NCBI RefSeq assembly: GCF_009914755.1
Contig: NC_060927.1
DNA: 64,000 bases
DNA from: the human T2T-CHM13v2.0 reference genome, Homo sapiens
Strand: one strand, 5' to 3'
Each line of letters begins with the position of its first letter. Within the stretch, counting starts at the first letter, position 1. A program made the position numbers and the translations under genes. This document shows positions 12,546 through 27,469 of this stretch, piece by piece. The notes beneath the pieces are model-generated. The model did no database searches. It saw only the letters and a program-made list of their open reading frames with translations, and was not told the origin of the DNA.

Positions 12546-13725
12546 GTCATGGCTACTATTTGAAAAGATATCCATGACAGCACATGAGCAGAAGGTGAAG
12601 GACTACATGTAGTACTCCAGTATGAATAGAGTCATGAGAAGAACTGCATATTTAGGAGAAAGAAAAATGAAACATTATGAGATTAAGGAAAGGAACTAGC
12701 ACTTTTGGGGTCCTACTGTGTTCCAGGGATAGTTTCAGGTGATTTGTTCCCTTATCTCCTCCAAGTAGCCTTAGAAGGCAGTGTAATTCAGAAACACATT
12801 TCCTTAAGTTTAAAAAGGTGACTAGCAAAGTAGGATACAAACATCATCCTGTTTGACTTCCAAGTCCTTTCTAAGGCATTGTGTTCCCAGAGTCTTATAA
12901 CAAAGTATGATTTGAACTTATTATCTGGACTTATGGAGACCTTGAGTACTAACTGTGTTTATGGCCTTACTACTTTTTTTTGTTCATTTTTGAAGGTACC
13001 TTAAACATTTATTTATTAAAGATATGGGATAGACAGCCACACAGTTAAGAACTCACACAGGTAAGATCTTGATAAAATGATATATAAATTTTAAATTCCT
13101 ATTTCAGGAAGACTAGACATTAGCAGACAGGAAAGTTCAGCAAACTTATAAAGGCAGAACAAGCGGACTACAGCAGGAGAAAACAGAGAGGCAGGCAAGT
13201 TCATGGAGAGGAGAGAGACAGAGAGGAGCCTATACAACTCTAGATTCCAAAAAAGCCTTAAAACTTGGAAACACTTGTTTTGTTCACGGGCAGAAGTGAA
13301 AAATGTATCTAAACTAAGGGTGCTTCTGTGAAAAACTAAAGATGAAATAACTGACACCCTAGCTGTCTCCATAGGTGCAAAACTCTCAGCAACTGGGTAT
13401 CCACATCACACCCTATCATAGGAGAAAACATCAAACTGTGTATTTATAGAGAAAATGAATGTCCTTGGAGAAAAGACTTCAGAATTCAGGCAGTGAGGAG
13501 CTTCAACATAATTGGCCATTTCCATGGTGAAATAGAGCAATCATATATTTCCCCTTTGTGTTACACAGAGCCCTAAAGTCAGGTTTTTTTCTTCTTAAAA
13601 CCCAACCAACAGTCAAGATCACCAACTATTTGACTAGCAGCAGATAAACAAATGAAAGCAAAATCCTGAATGAGAAGGCAATAATTTAGGAAACTGAAAA
13701 CAACATTTAAGAAAACTAACTAGGG

Positions 13726-14186
<461 letters not shown>

Positions 14187-14429
14187 TCAAATAAATCTAT
14201 CAAAGATAAGAACCAATCCAGGTTCTATAATGACAGTATAGGAGAACCCAGAAGGCTTATTACCCAATAAGTAGAAATTCTAAGAAAAGATAGAAAACAT
14301 TAAAGAAAAATTACAAGAGAATTTCCTGTATCAGAAAGGCACATATTTCCTGGTTAAGAGGTCTACTTAGTGAACAATACCATAATTGAAAATTATGCCC
14401 ACATATGCATCATTCCAGTGTTTAAGAAC

Positions 14430-16720
14430 TGTATTAGTCCATTCTCATGCTACTATGAAGAAACACCTGAGACTCGGCAATTTATAAAGGAAAGAAGGGT
14501 AATTGACTCATGGTTCTGCACTGCTTAGGTGGCCTCAGGAAACTTACAATCATGGCAGAAGGCAAAGGAGAAGCAGGCACCTTCTTCACAGGGTGGCAAG
14601 ATGGAGTGAGTGCAAGCAAGGGAAATGCCAGATGCTTATAAAACCATCAGATCTCATGAGACTCATTCACTGTCATGAGAACAACATGGGGAACCGCCCT
14701 CATGATCCAATAACCTCCACTTGGTCTCACCCTTGACATGTGAAGATTATGGGGATTACAATTCAAGGTGAAATTTAGGTGGGGACACAGAGCCAAACCA
14801 TATCATTCTGACCTGGCCCCTCCCAAATCTCATGTCCTCACATTTCAAAACACAAGCATGCCCTTCCCACAGTCCCCCAAAATCTTAACTCATTCCAGTG
14901 TTAACCCAAAAGTCCAAGTCTAAAGTCTCATCCAAAATAAGCAAGTCACTTCTGCCTATGAGCTTGTAAAATCAAAAGCAAGTTAGTTACTTCGTAGATT
15001 AAATGGGGTACAGGCATTGGGTAAATATATCCATTCCAAATGGGATAAATTGGTCAAAACAAAAGGGCTATTGGCCCCATGGAAGTTCAAAATCCAAAAG
15101 GGCAGCCATTAAACCTTAAAGTTCCAAAATGATCTCCTTTGACTCCTTGTCTTACATCCAGGTCATGCTGATGCAAGAGGTAGGCTCCCATGGCCTTGGA
15201 TAGCTTTGTCCCTGTGGCTTTGCAGGGTACAGCCCCCCTCCCAGCTGCTTTCATGAGCTGGTGTTGAGTGTCTGTGGGTTTTCCACATGCATGGTGCAAG
15301 TTGGTGGATCTACCATTCTGGGGTCTGGAGGACAGTGGTACTCTTTGCACAGCTCCACTAGGCAGTGCCCCAGTGGGGACTCTGTGTCGGGGTTCACACC
15401 CCACATTTCCCTTCTGCACTGTCCTAGCAGAGGTTCTCCATGAGGGCTTTGCCCCTGCAGCTAACTTCTGCGTGGACATCCAGGCATTTCCATACAACCT
15501 CTGAAATCTAGGGAGAGGTTCCCAAAACTCAATTCTTGTCTTCTATGCACCTGCAGGACCAACACCACGTGGAAGCTGCCAAAGATTGGGGCTTGCACCC
15601 TCTGAAGCAATGGCCTGAGCTGTAACTTTGCCCTTTTTGCCACAGGTGGAGCAGCTGGGACACAGAGCATCAAGTCTGGAGGCTGCACACAACAGAGGGG
15701 GCCCTGGCCCTGGCCCTGGCCCATAAAACTATTTTTCCCTCCTAGGCCTCAGGGTCTATGATGGGAGGGGCTTCTGTGAAGGCCTCTGACATGCCCTGGA
15801 GACATTTTCTCCATTGTCTTGGCTATTAACATTCAGCTCCTCATTTCTTATGCAAATTTATGCAGCCAGCTTAAATTTTTTCCCAGAAAATGGGTTTTTG
15901 TTTCTACTGCATCATCAGGCTGCAAATTTTCCAAACTTTTATGCTCTGTCACCTCTTGAATGCTTTGCTGCCTTAGAAATTTTTTCCACCAGATACCCTA
16001 AATTGTCTCTCTCAGGTTCAAAGTTCCACAGATCTCTAAGGCAGGGGCAAAAAGCCACCAGTCTTTTTGCTAAAGCACAGTAAGGGTGACCTTACTCCAG
16101 TTCCCACAAGTTTCTCATCTCCACCTAAGACCACCTCAGCCTGGATTTCATTGTCCATATCACTATCAGAATTTTGGTCAAAGCCATGAAACAAGTCTCT
16201 AGGAGGTTCCAATCTTTCCCACATCTTTCTGTCTGCTTCGGAGTCCTCCAAACTGTTCCAACCTCTGCCCATTACCCAGTTTCAGAGTCGCTTCCACATT
16301 CTCAGGTATCTTATAGCAATGCCCCACTCTCAGTACAAATTTACTGTATTAGTCTGTTCTCATGCTGCTGTGAAGTAACACCTGAGACAGGGTGATTTGT
16401 AAAGGAAAGAGGTTTAATTGATTCACAGTTCTGCATTGCTGGGGAGGCCTCTGGAAACTTACAATCATGGCAGAAAGCAAAGGAGAAGCAGGAACTTTCT
16501 TCATAGGGCAGCAGGATGGATTGAGCACTAGCAGGGGAAATGCCAGATGCTTGTAAAACCATCCAATCTCATGAGACTCACTTACCATCACAAGAATGGC
16601 ATGGAGGAAACTGCCCTATGATCCAGTTACCTCCACCTGGTCCCATCCTTGACATGTTAACATTATGGGAATTACAATTCAGGTGCAGTTTGGGTGGGGA
16701 CACAGAGCTGAACCATATCA
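14430..16720 (-). mobile_element. Complete THE1C element: LTR 14430-14805, internal 14806-16344, LTR 16345-16720
   Basis: Two 376-bp LTRs (TGTATTAGTC...AACCATATCA) with THE1C-type GGGAAATGCCAGATGCTT. Internal region about 1.54 kb. Perfect TSD AGAAC at 14425-14429 and 16721-16725. Confidence 0.95.
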
Positions 16721-17319
16721 AGAACTATAAGGATAATAAAAAATATTAAAAGTATTTGGATAGGAGAAAATAGTTATTGACAAAGGAACAAAAGGCACTA
16801 TGGTCTCAGACTTACGAGTAACATTACAGAAAGCTAGACAATGCCATTTAAAGTTCTAGTAGAGCATATTTTTTTCCTAAAACACATTCTCAATGACATA
16901 TGAGGATGGATTAAAGATATTTTATTTGGACATTGCTTGAGGATATGCACAAGTAAAATATAAAATAAAACAAAAACCAGAAAGAGATGGGATTTAGGAT
17001 TGGGACTAATCAGAAAAGAAATTAAATCCAGAATTCAACAATGCAAGAAGCAAAAAAAAAACAAAAAAAAAAACTAATATTCAAATAGCAGTCCAGGAGG
17101 TCCTGGGGAAGTGATTTCCTAGGACATTAACGAAATCTTCATTTACTGGGTGGAATTTTAAGTAGTTATGTATAAATTGTAGGATAATACAAGAAGCCCC
17201 ACATACCCATGGCCTGGTTTCAACAATTAACACATAACACATGACCAATCTTTGCTACATTTTAATATCTGTCATGTCAGAAATTTAATATTTAGAATTA
17301 TGTAAAATAGTATACTATT

Positions 17320-17348
17320 ATATATATATATATAGAGAGAGAGAGAGA
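17320..17348 (+). repeat. (TA)n(GA)n compound microsatellite
   Basis: Directly visible. Confidence 0.9.
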
Positions 17349-18160
17349 TAGCTGAATGATAAGCTACAATTTTTAAAAAATGGCTGTCCATTAAAGGGAA
17401 GAGGAAAGGCATTGTTTTCATTAAATGCCTTTGCATATCATTTGTTTTTTAAGAAACAATTATTCGTGTACACGATAAAAATGTATATAACAATTAAGAT
17501 AGAATTAAAGATAAATACAATATAGTTAATGAAAACCAATAAATGTTATTAAATTTCTTTCAATCAGCAATAAGGAATTTGAGGCCCTAAAATGTTAAGT
17601 GAATTTTTATAGTAGCAATTTACAAATTTAGAGGTAGTGACATGCCTGAAACACAGTTTTCAAACTACTGGTCACTAAACACTAAATCATCTCATCATTA
17701 GAGATGAATGGTGTGGAAAATATTACTGTTAAAGATTTATTATTGTCTTATTATTCATGAGACAGTATAAAAAGAAGATAACCCATGTTTCAAAAGTCTG
17801 GCAAATAACTACATATAAACTTCATTATAAAATTGCAGTACAAAATATCTATTAGATTCACCTTTGGTGAAGAAATGGTGCTCAACATATTATTTAAGGT
17901 AATTTTCAGGTTCCTAGAAGAGATATCATCCATAAAAAAGGCAGTTATTTATCTCTTGATAAGCAGCTTTGTAACAGTTTTTGTTCAGTTATATGAAACT
18001 TTTAATTTAGTACAATACTTACTCAGCAAATAGCTATTAATTTTTAATGAATATTTGCCTCAATGTTATAAGATTTTGCAAATTATATTGAAACCAGAGA
18101 ACCTTAAACTTGGTTATAGTGAAGTTCTGGAGGCTAAATAGCACATGGTTATCCTTGACG

Positions 18161-18590
18161 TGTCATCTTAGGTTAGATTCCTTAGAAACCAGACCTGCAA
18201 CAAGGATTCTTGTTTAAGTGATAGACTGAGAAGTGTGCTCAGAAGCAGGGACGTGGGGGAAGCAGGATACAGCAGGACAAGCTAAGAAACAACGTGATGT
18301 CAGCAAGAGTCTAGCTGCAGTCTGATCTCATGGGGAGTTCTGGAACATGAACTATATCACAGTTTGTCCCACCAGAGTCAAGGTGCCAGTCCTTTTTTGT
18401 AGTCCCATTTAAGTAAGTCATTGACCAAGGCAGGGCACAACTTTTTGGGCAAGGGAGTTCAATTCAGTAGAAGGCAAGTTTGAGACCAGAAAAAGGAACA
18501 TCTGTGAGCCTTTAGTAGCCAAAATTCAATGCAGCTGGAGGATGAGTACAATAACCCAGGAAATGAGATCTGAGTGGGATACTGAAGTCA
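18161..18590 (-). mobile_element. LTR16-family (ERVL) solo LTR
   Basis: Motifs CAAGGATTCTTG, GGAAGCAGGATACAGCAGG, CTGATCTCATGGGGAGTTCTGGA and CTGTGAGCCTTTAGTAGCCAA. Confidence 0.72.
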
Positions 18591-19169
18591 GATTCAAGGA
18601 ATGAAAGATTTTTAATCAAAAAAACTATTTGAACACTAAGTTTATAGTTACACTTGAGCAGTGCTATCTCCCCTTATTTTTTCTGAAGAGTTTCTTTAGA
18701 GGCATATTTGCTTTTAGAAAATCATTAATAAAACTACATTCTCCAAATAGATCATTTGGAGATATAAAAAAAAAGATCATCAACTTTTGGAAATGGTTCC
18801 CTATAGCGAACGTGGTACCCTTGATTAATTAAGTTTACTCCCATGAGTTTACATTTTAATTTTAAAACGAATGTAATATTAGTCTATTTACATAGATGAG
18901 GATTCTCTGAGGTAACACACATGCTTAGCACTGTGTCTGGCTCAAAGTAAACATAATCCCAAAAGTTAAGTCTAAAAATAGTAAGTTTAATAATTGTATT
19001 ATCCCAAATCATCACCTAAAAGGGAGTTTCACGGATAAGAGAAAACACTTTTGGGGCTTAACTTCCCGTATGACATTCAGAAATTTGGGAGAAGGGTATC
19101 TTATTTTGGACATTGTGTCACTAAAATTCATTCTTTAGGACATGACAAGGAGATGGGAGCTCATGTTAT

Positions 19170-20186
19170 TTTCTTCTTTGTAACAGCTTTATTGAAATAT
19201 AATTGACATATAACAAACTCCACATATTTAAATTGCATTATTTTGAGTCAAAAATGAATACAAAACCAAGACATATAAGGTCAGGACCACAATCAATTTA
19301 ATGAATGTATCCATTACTCCCAAAAGTATCCTTATGTCCATCTGTGATCCCTCCCTTCTGCTTCTCCTCACATTCTCCCAGAAACAACTGCTGATCTGCT
19401 TTCTGTCCATATATACTAATTTCCATTAATTTCTATTTTCTAGAATTTTATATAAATGAAATTATACAGTATGAATAATTTTTGTCTGCCTTCTTTCTCT
19501 CAGTGTATTTATTTTAAGATTTATCTATGTTATGTGTATCAATAGTTCATTTCTCTTGCTAAATAATATTCCATTGTATACCAAAATTTACTTCTCTGTT
19601 CATCTATTGATGCAACTTTCATGTCATTTCCAGATTCTGGCTCTTAGAAATAAAGTTGCTATAAAAATTCATGCTCACGTCTTGTGTAGACATATTATTT
19701 TATTTCTCTTAGGCAATTCCTAGAAATAGAATGGCTTGGACATATGACACACATGCATATAACTTTTAAAGAAACTGCCAAACTACTTTCCAAAATGGTT
19801 GTACCATTTTACATCTCCACAAGCACTATATGGGAGTTCTTTTTTCTGCAAACCTTTGCCAACACTTTTTATAATCAGTCTTTTTAATTTTAGCTTTTTT
19901 AGTAAGTACTAGTGTCTCATTTCTTCAATTTCCATTTTTCTAATCATAAATGCTATTGATGATTTATTTATATATTAATTTGTCATTAAGTACCTCCTTA
20001 GGCATGGTGTCTGTTTAAATTCTTTCCTCATTTTTCATATGTATTTGCTTGTTTGCTTATTATTGAACTTTGAGAGTTCTTTATATATTCTATACACATT
20101 CTAATTTAGATATGAAATTTACAAATATTTCCTCCCATCTGTGAGTTGTCTTTTTATTCTCTTAAAATGATACTGTAAAGAGCAGA
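19170..20186 (-). mobile_element. L1M (L1MB-L1MD class) 3' end
   Basis: AACAGCTTTATTGAAATATAATTGACATA, CTGATCTGCTTTCTGTC, TTCTAGAATTTTATATAAATG and GAAACTGCCAAACTACTTTCCAAAATGGTTGTACC. Confidence 0.88.
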
Positions 20187-20734
20187 AAAGATATATACCA
20201 AACTGTTAATAGTGGTTACCTCTGGCAAGGAAATTAGGAGGCACTTTCACTATTCTATCTGGTTTTAACATTTTCCACAGTAATAACAGAAGAAATTAAA
20301 CGATTTAATGAAATGTGATCAGGAAGTGAAGTAGTTAAAAAAACATCAAAATCACCAGTGGCATAAGATAAGAGGATATGGTAAAAATGAATATGTGGAA
20401 ACAGTTATAAATAAATATTATTTGTGAGAAGCAAACTCTAAGTCTATTCAAGTGATACATATAGTCAAATTCTTCTATTTCATTCAGTGTAAGACTGTCT
20501 TTCTCTAATGCAGGTCTGGCCTCTTGCTAGTAAATTTTACTGTGCCACTTCTATATATTTGAAATCATACATGTTTCCTCCCTCATTTTTTTGTCATCTA
20601 TTAGCAAAAAAATTGTTGCAGAACCTCTTTTGTTGTTCAGTGAGTTAACTCTAAAACGTTCTCTATTCTCTTGACGTGCTTCATACATCATTTCCATGTG
20701 AATGGAAATACACTTAGGCTTGAGCACCTTCTCA

Positions 20735-20833
20735 TCACCTCCCAAAGGCCCCATTTTCAAACATGAATTCTCACCTTGGGGCTTAGGTTTCAACACATGA
20801 ATTTGGGGGAAACATATACACTCAGTCTATAAT
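20735..20833 (-). mobile_element. MLT1A/MST-type LTR terminal fragment
   Basis: TCACCTCCCAAAGGCCCCA...TTAGGTTTCAACACATGAATTTGGGGG. Confidence 0.65.
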
Positions 20834-21228
20834 AAAGTGTTATTCCAATTCCAAATTTAGGGTAATTAACTTTCCAAAATGGTTTCTATTTCCATTAAAA
20901 ATACAGCTAAGCTTTAAATCCATTTAATACGGTCATACTTACATGCCAGTTTATGACTTTTTAAAAAATGCAGTTGCAAAATAATCCAATGAGAAGCAAA
21001 GTAGATATTAATATCTCTATTTTCCAATGAAGAAGGCAAAATACAGAGAAATAAAATATTGTCATGTTACTTTAGCAGGAAGTTGATACATAATCTTTGA
21101 AGAATATTTTTTTTTCCTCTATCCCAGAATTCTTTCCACCTTATTGCTTTGCTCTGACTTTTGTGGGTTAAATTTAAATTACATTCAATATTCTCAGCAA
21201 TGTTTATTGCATATATAATGCTATAAAC

Positions 21229-21399
21229 TTTTTTTTTTTTTTTGAGAAAGGGTCTTGCTCTGTCACCCAATCTAGGGGGGCAGTGGCAGGATCACAGGAC
21301 ACTGCAGCCTCGATCACCTAGGCTCAAGAGATCCTCCCACCTCAGCCTTCCACGAAGTTGAGACTGCAGGCATGCACCGCCACGCCTGGCCAATTTTTT

Positions 21400-21463
<64 letters not shown>

Positions 21464-21598
21464 TATTTTTTTTTTTTGGAGAGATAAGATCTCACTCTGT
21501 TGCCCAGGCATATCTCAGACTGGTGGACTCAAGTGACCCTCCTACCTCTCAGCCTCCCAAAGTGCTAGGATTGTAGTCATCAGCCACTGAGCCTGGCC
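21229..21598 (-). mobile_element. AluJ with (CTTT)16 expanded from the middle linker
   Basis: Poly-T head and AluJ features (GGCTCAAGAGATCCTCCCACCTCAGCC, GGACTCAAGTGA). STR at 21401-21464. Confidence 0.93.
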
Positions 21599-21754
21599 AG
21601 TAAACATATTCTTTCTTTAAGAAATACTTATGCTTTAATAATTCAATAATCCAGGAGACTCTATCTTGTGATTGAAGTAAAGGCTTTTAAAACGTACCAT
21701 TACTTGAAGCTCTGGGATTTTTGTGCTTAAAGTGAGTTTTAAAAGACAAGACTT

Positions 21755-22055
21755 GGCCGGGCGCAGTGGCTCACGCCTGTAATCCCAGCACTTTGGGAGG
21801 CCGAGACAAGCGGATCACGAGATCAGGAGATTGATCCTGGCTAACATGGTGAAACTCTGTCTCTACTGAAAATACAAAAAAAAAAAAAAAAAATTAGCCG
21901 GGCGTGATGGCAAGTGCCTGTAGTCCCAGCTGGTTGGGAGGCTGAGGCAGCAGAATGGGTGTGAACCTGGGAGGTGGAGCTTGCAGTAAGCCGAGATCGC
22001 ACCACTGCACTCCAGCCTGGGCGACAGACAAAGACTCGGTCTCAAAAAAAAAAAA
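21755..22055 (+). mobile_element. AluY-type element
   Basis: GAGCTTGCAG and CCTGGCTAAC. TSD AAAAG(A/G)CAAGACTT at 21741-21754 and 22052-22065. About 5 bp deleted in the left arm. Confidence 0.93.
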
Positions 22056-22439
22056 GGCAAGACTTTTTGTTTTGCCTGTATTATGGAAAGATTTCATTGG
22101 TAAATATCAGGAAATACAACACAAATAAAAATGCCTAATTAAAGCCATTTTAAAAGGAAGGCAAGGGAAATCATAATTAATATGGATCTCAACTCTATAG
22201 CTAGCATAGTGAGAAGAAATAATATTGGGGGAAAGTCTGTGGCAAATAAGTACTGAGATTTTTTTAAACTGGATATTACATTTTGAATATTTCAACGAGT
22301 TTAAATGGACATTTTCAAGACCATATTGCTTTCACTTGTGGAACATTAGAAGATGGTTATGACAGAATTATCAATGGACTTATGGCACTTTTTGTTGTGC
22401 ATATGCAAACAATATCAGTTGAGCAAAAACAAAAATCAA

Positions 22440-22570
22440 GAATATTTTATTTTTCTATTATTTGAGTCAGTGGAAGCAGAGAAATGCTGAGTGACTTAGC
22501 CATTGTGATACAGCTATTTGGTGACAGAATTGAGGCTGGACAAAGACTTTTGCTTCTCACTGACTAGGCT
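22440..22570 (-). mobile_element. MIR fragment
   Basis: GAGTGACTTAGCCATTGTGATACAGCTATTTGGTGACAGA resembles the MIR core. Confidence 0.55.
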
Positions 22571-23424
22571 GTGCTCATTAAGTGTGAATGCTGGTACCAT
22601 TTCCAACTTTCTAGTACACAAGGATGTGTATGTTTATTTGGGTATCTCCAGGCATCCTTAAGTGGATATGCTTTATGTAAATAATATATGTTTTGTGTTT
22701 TCTTTTAAGATCTCACACTAGAGCTACATTTTCCCCTAGAAAAAAATGATTTTATGTAAAATAACTTTTTGGAGGAGGTCTCAAATTTAGTGTAACTTTT
22801 TTTTAATAATTGCAAAATATCTTAGAAGACCATATACAAAGGGAATAATTTAAAAGTTAATAACCTCCCAAGTAACTATACTGCATAATTGGGTTTTTAC
22901 AAATCCACTTTGATATGTATATTAGATGGACATTTGGGGATACTTCTTACATAAATGTACATATCTTCATGTCATAAATCTATAGAGAATAAGGAAAAAA
23001 GAAATTATATGCTCAAAAGAAATGAAGTTCCTGTGTGTATTCCCTCAATCTTTTTTATGTTGTATAAAGAGAATCCACCCAACTGTGACTGACTAGCTAT
23101 GCAATGCAGCCTGCCACCAGGAGATACTATTCAATATATCTTGTATGTTTTTCATTGCTAAGAGAAGCTATGAGCAGTTCATAAGAAAAAGAAGAGTTGG
23201 GAATGGTATATACCTGAGTTGAGGGGCTTTTTGAAATCTTTTTCTCATTAGTTGTAATAGTATCTCCACAAAATGAAGTATGAAGATGTGAAACTGAAAG
23301 TTCCCTTTTTTACCTGAATGCATTTTTTTTTATTTTGCATGGTGTCATGTTCATAGAACACGATGGACTTTTAAGAGCATGTATTTTATTTGGTGATTCC
23401 CAATAATTTTTAACAAAATATATA

Positions 23425-23503
23425 TCAAATTGAATCATATGAAATTGTCAATATTAGATTTTGTTGAAAAACAAAAATAGCAATTTCCTATGGTTCAAGC
23501 TGA
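23425..23503. mobile_element. MADE2 (mariner-derived, about 80-bp MITE)
   Basis: Inverted termini TCAAATTGAATCATATGAAATTG / CAATTTCCTATGGTTCAAGCTGA, flanked by TA on both sides. Confidence 0.85.
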
Positions 23504-23684
23504 TACATATCGTGTGATTATAATATGTACTTAATCCTCTACCAAATCACTCTTTGACCCTCATTGAAAGCAAACAAATCAATAAAAACTCTTGATTACT
23601 TAATAATTAAGTTTTCCTAATTTTAGAACAAGGTATTTTTATTGGTATTACAGTAAACAACAACTTAAAATCACACACACACAC

Positions 23685-24550
<866 letters not shown>

Positions 24551-24570
<20 letters not shown>

Positions 24571-24607
24571 ATATGTAGATATTCTCAGCCTGCTCATATT
24601 TAGATAT
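24551..24607 (+). repeat. 25-bp tandem duplication
   Basis: TAGATATTCTCAGCCTGCTCATAT(G/T) x2, then TAGATAT. Confidence 0.95.
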
Positions 24608-24679
24608 ATGTGCATGTATGGCTTGATAGACAGATATGGATGGATAGATAGACAGATAGACAGACAGACAGATAATATT

Positions 24680-24820
24680 CAGTTCTGTCACACCTAGCAA
24701 CCAGATATTAGTATCTAAATATCATTTTGCACTAAAGGAACCAAGGCTCCTTGAAGACATAGCCAATCAATTCTGTATCTGGGGCAGGAAAAATACAATA
24801 TGGGCTTGGGATATCTCAGT
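24680..24820 (+). mobile_element. L1MC/L1MD 3' UTR fragment
   Basis: CACCTAGCAACCAGAT...CACTAAAGGAACCAAGGCTCCTTGAAGA...CTGGGGCAGGAAAAATACAA. Confidence 0.65.
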
Positions 24821-24854
24821 GCAATTTATCAAGTCAGTTCATCTGAGAGTTAGT

Positions 24855-25050
24855 AGCGACTATTACTGAAAACTTCCTATTTGCTGGAAATAATATGAAG
24901 TTATTTATGTGTATTATCTTATTTCTTCTGCACTATGTCATATATATCTTTAATTCCCATGTTTTGGCTCTGGGACTATAGCTCACATAAATAAAGAAAC
25001 TTTCCAAGATTACACAGCAAACAAACTGAGGAGCACAAGATTCAAATAGG
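24855..25050 (-). mobile_element. MIR
   Basis: TTTATGTGTATTATCTTATTT...ACTTTCCAAGATTACACAGCAA...AGATTCAAA. Confidence 0.5.
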
Positions 25051-27069
25051 CCACTGTTTTTGGTCAACAGATTGGTTTAGAAACTGTTTATTGTTTATTT
25101 CTCTTAGACATAGTTTTCACTCACAATAACTCTGTGGTATTCATGGTCTTTGATTTTCCTTTTATTCATTTATGTGGAAATTCTGGCCTCTATTTCTGTC
25201 CATCTAAAACAACAGTATATGTTCTGACTAAAAGTATGTAGGGGAGAAAATATTTCCTTCCTCACTCATCACAATGTTCATGGCTCACACCGCTGTACTG
25301 GTTCAGAAATTTTTTCCTCTCTTTTCTCTTTACTAAGTTTATCTTTATTTCCACAGTCCTCCCAAAGATCGTTGTTTATATTTCTATTCTAAAATGGCAT
25401 TCCTCCTTGCTTCATAATTGACAGTACCCATGTCCCCAACTAAACAGTTGGATATTTCATGGCAATGTTTTCTTCCTCTTGGTGTCTCTTGCACAACAGA
25501 GGATGATGCCCTCTTTAAGTCTTAGATCCCAGAACACAGTGGAGGTCTAATTTTGCTTTCCTAAGAAAAAACCATCACCTCCCAGAGGTTTTAAACAAGT
25601 GTCTTACTTATTCTCTGCTCATTTTTTTTTTTTTTCCTAATTGTCTTCTCTAACACCATCTGAATATCTTTTTTGTTGTTATTCTCTAAATCTTTCTAAA
25701 ATATCCAATTACCTACATCCTTTTTAAACACTCCCTCATGCTTTCCCTGAACTTCTTGGATAAATGGTGTTGGTTTAGCTGTTTTAATCTGTCCTTCAGA
25801 TCTGAGTTCTTTAAACTGGTCCAGGAATTCCTTTTTCACCTTTTTCTTCATTAAATATATATGTCTTTGTATATTCCAAAATTTCAACTCAATTTTTACA
25901 GGAGATGTGTAAAGGAGTTTATCTTCCATATTTCAAACAGTTATGCTTGCACCTGCCAGTAAAACTTCTACAGCAGATACACATCTCTCTATAGAATAAT
26001 CTCTTCTCACTTTCTAAATGAAAATTACAGAGCATTTGGTTAAGTCTGCCTTCTATCTGCCGGGTTTCCGGATTTCATTTCATGCTTACATTCACTCATT
26101 CAAACTCAGAATCAGGTAGACAATTTTACTGGGATTGTTTACACACCTCAATTTTTTTCAGGTTATTTTTTTTCTTATATTGACAACCTAATGCTAAAAG
26201 TGAATGATTGAAGATTTGAGCATTATCTAGCTTCTTGAATCCCACGACATAATTCTAGTTGTCTTTTTTTCTCTTGGCATATTCTTTAAAGTTAACACAA
26301 ATTCTCCGAAGAACTGAAGTTGCCTTGCATGGGATGCTACAGTGGAAGCTGTCTTCTCAGCATCCAAGAAATAGACCCCTGCTTTAGGTCTACTCTTTTC
26401 CTTTTAAACAGGTCACTTTTCCTGTCACCACCTAACCATGGCATTACCCTAAATCTTTTTTTTCTGATCTTTTTCCTCAATCTATCTTGTAAACTGGATC
26501 TCCTGACACATACTCTTAGCTACAGAAATCTTGATCCAAAGACACTGGTCTTCCCTGAACTGCACACATGACTGCTTCCCTTGCCTTCACCACTTTTCAT
26601 GACCTTTATGCAGTTGATAGTATTCTGGTGGCCAAGGCCAGGGGATAAATGGATAGTCTGATTTCTCTAAACTTTGATAGTTCCTGGACATGTACTGCTT
26701 CTCTTTCCTTCTCTAGCTTAATCACTCCCCACCTTTGCTCCATTCTCCTCTGGTCTTGTGAATTGTGAGTTACTGCAGTGTGTGTAGAGGTCATCTTGAT
26801 TCTTCTACATCATTCCTTATCCTTTGTTCTTCATTTCATCAAGTGAGCCAAGTCTATTGGATATTTATAACAGCCCCAGGAAGTAGAGAGCAGAAAGATT
26901 TTTATCCTCATTTCTCAACTGAGCAAACTGAAGTTTCAGCATGGAATCTAAGATTCCAAATTGTAATACTTTGGCCCAAGAAATGCTAGAGCAAGACAAA
27001 TAACTAGGAAAATGGAAAAAGTGCCAAAGTGAAAATTCATTTCCCTCTATTTTCTTCCCAGTATTACAG

Positions 27070-27240
27070 TAGAAACCTGGATTTACATTAAAACACATTA
27101 TTCCCTGTGCCTTTGTTTTTTCATCTATACAATGGGGCTTATACAAAAATCTATATCATTGTGTTGGAAGAATTATATAGGTTTGTACATGTGAAATATT
27201 TAGAACAGTGGCTGGTGTACCCAGTAAGTGTTGTCTACTT
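27070..27240 (+). mobile_element. MIR
   Basis: CTGTGCCTTTGTTTTTTCATCTATACAATGGGG...ATGTGAAATATTTAGAACAGTGGCTGG. Confidence 0.65.
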
Positions 27241-27469
27241 TTATTATGTCTAAATAAAATAAAATCACATCTTCCTTCTCAAAATGTATTTACCTTCTTG
27301 TATGTTTTATTCCTTAAGCTATGTCACTATTTAAGTCTCCTAGGTTACTAAACTTACTCACCCATGACTTCCTCATTCACATTCATCTGCTAATATTTTT
27401 TGGCTTTATCTTTGAAACAACTTTTATATTCATTTGTTCCTCTGCAACCTCACTAATGGTGTACCAAAT

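Noticed and set aside
15087-15497. 136-aa ORF, the longest in the window
   Set aside because: Lies wholly within the THE1C internal sequence; remnant of the MaLR ORF
14430-16720. PRDM9 (CCTCCCTNNCCAC) or DUX4 (TGATTCAATTA-type) motifs in the THE1C LTRs
   Set aside because: The corresponding positions are mismatched in both LTRs (e.g. TGATCCAATAA, TGATCCAGTTA)
23108-23128. CTCF-like GCCACCAGGAGATAC
   Set aside because: Lacks the GGC part of the core; too weak without ChIP data
25238-25300. Possible ERV1 LTR terminus TGTAGGGGAGAAAA...
   Set aside because: Only about 60 bp of resemblance; family cannot be supported
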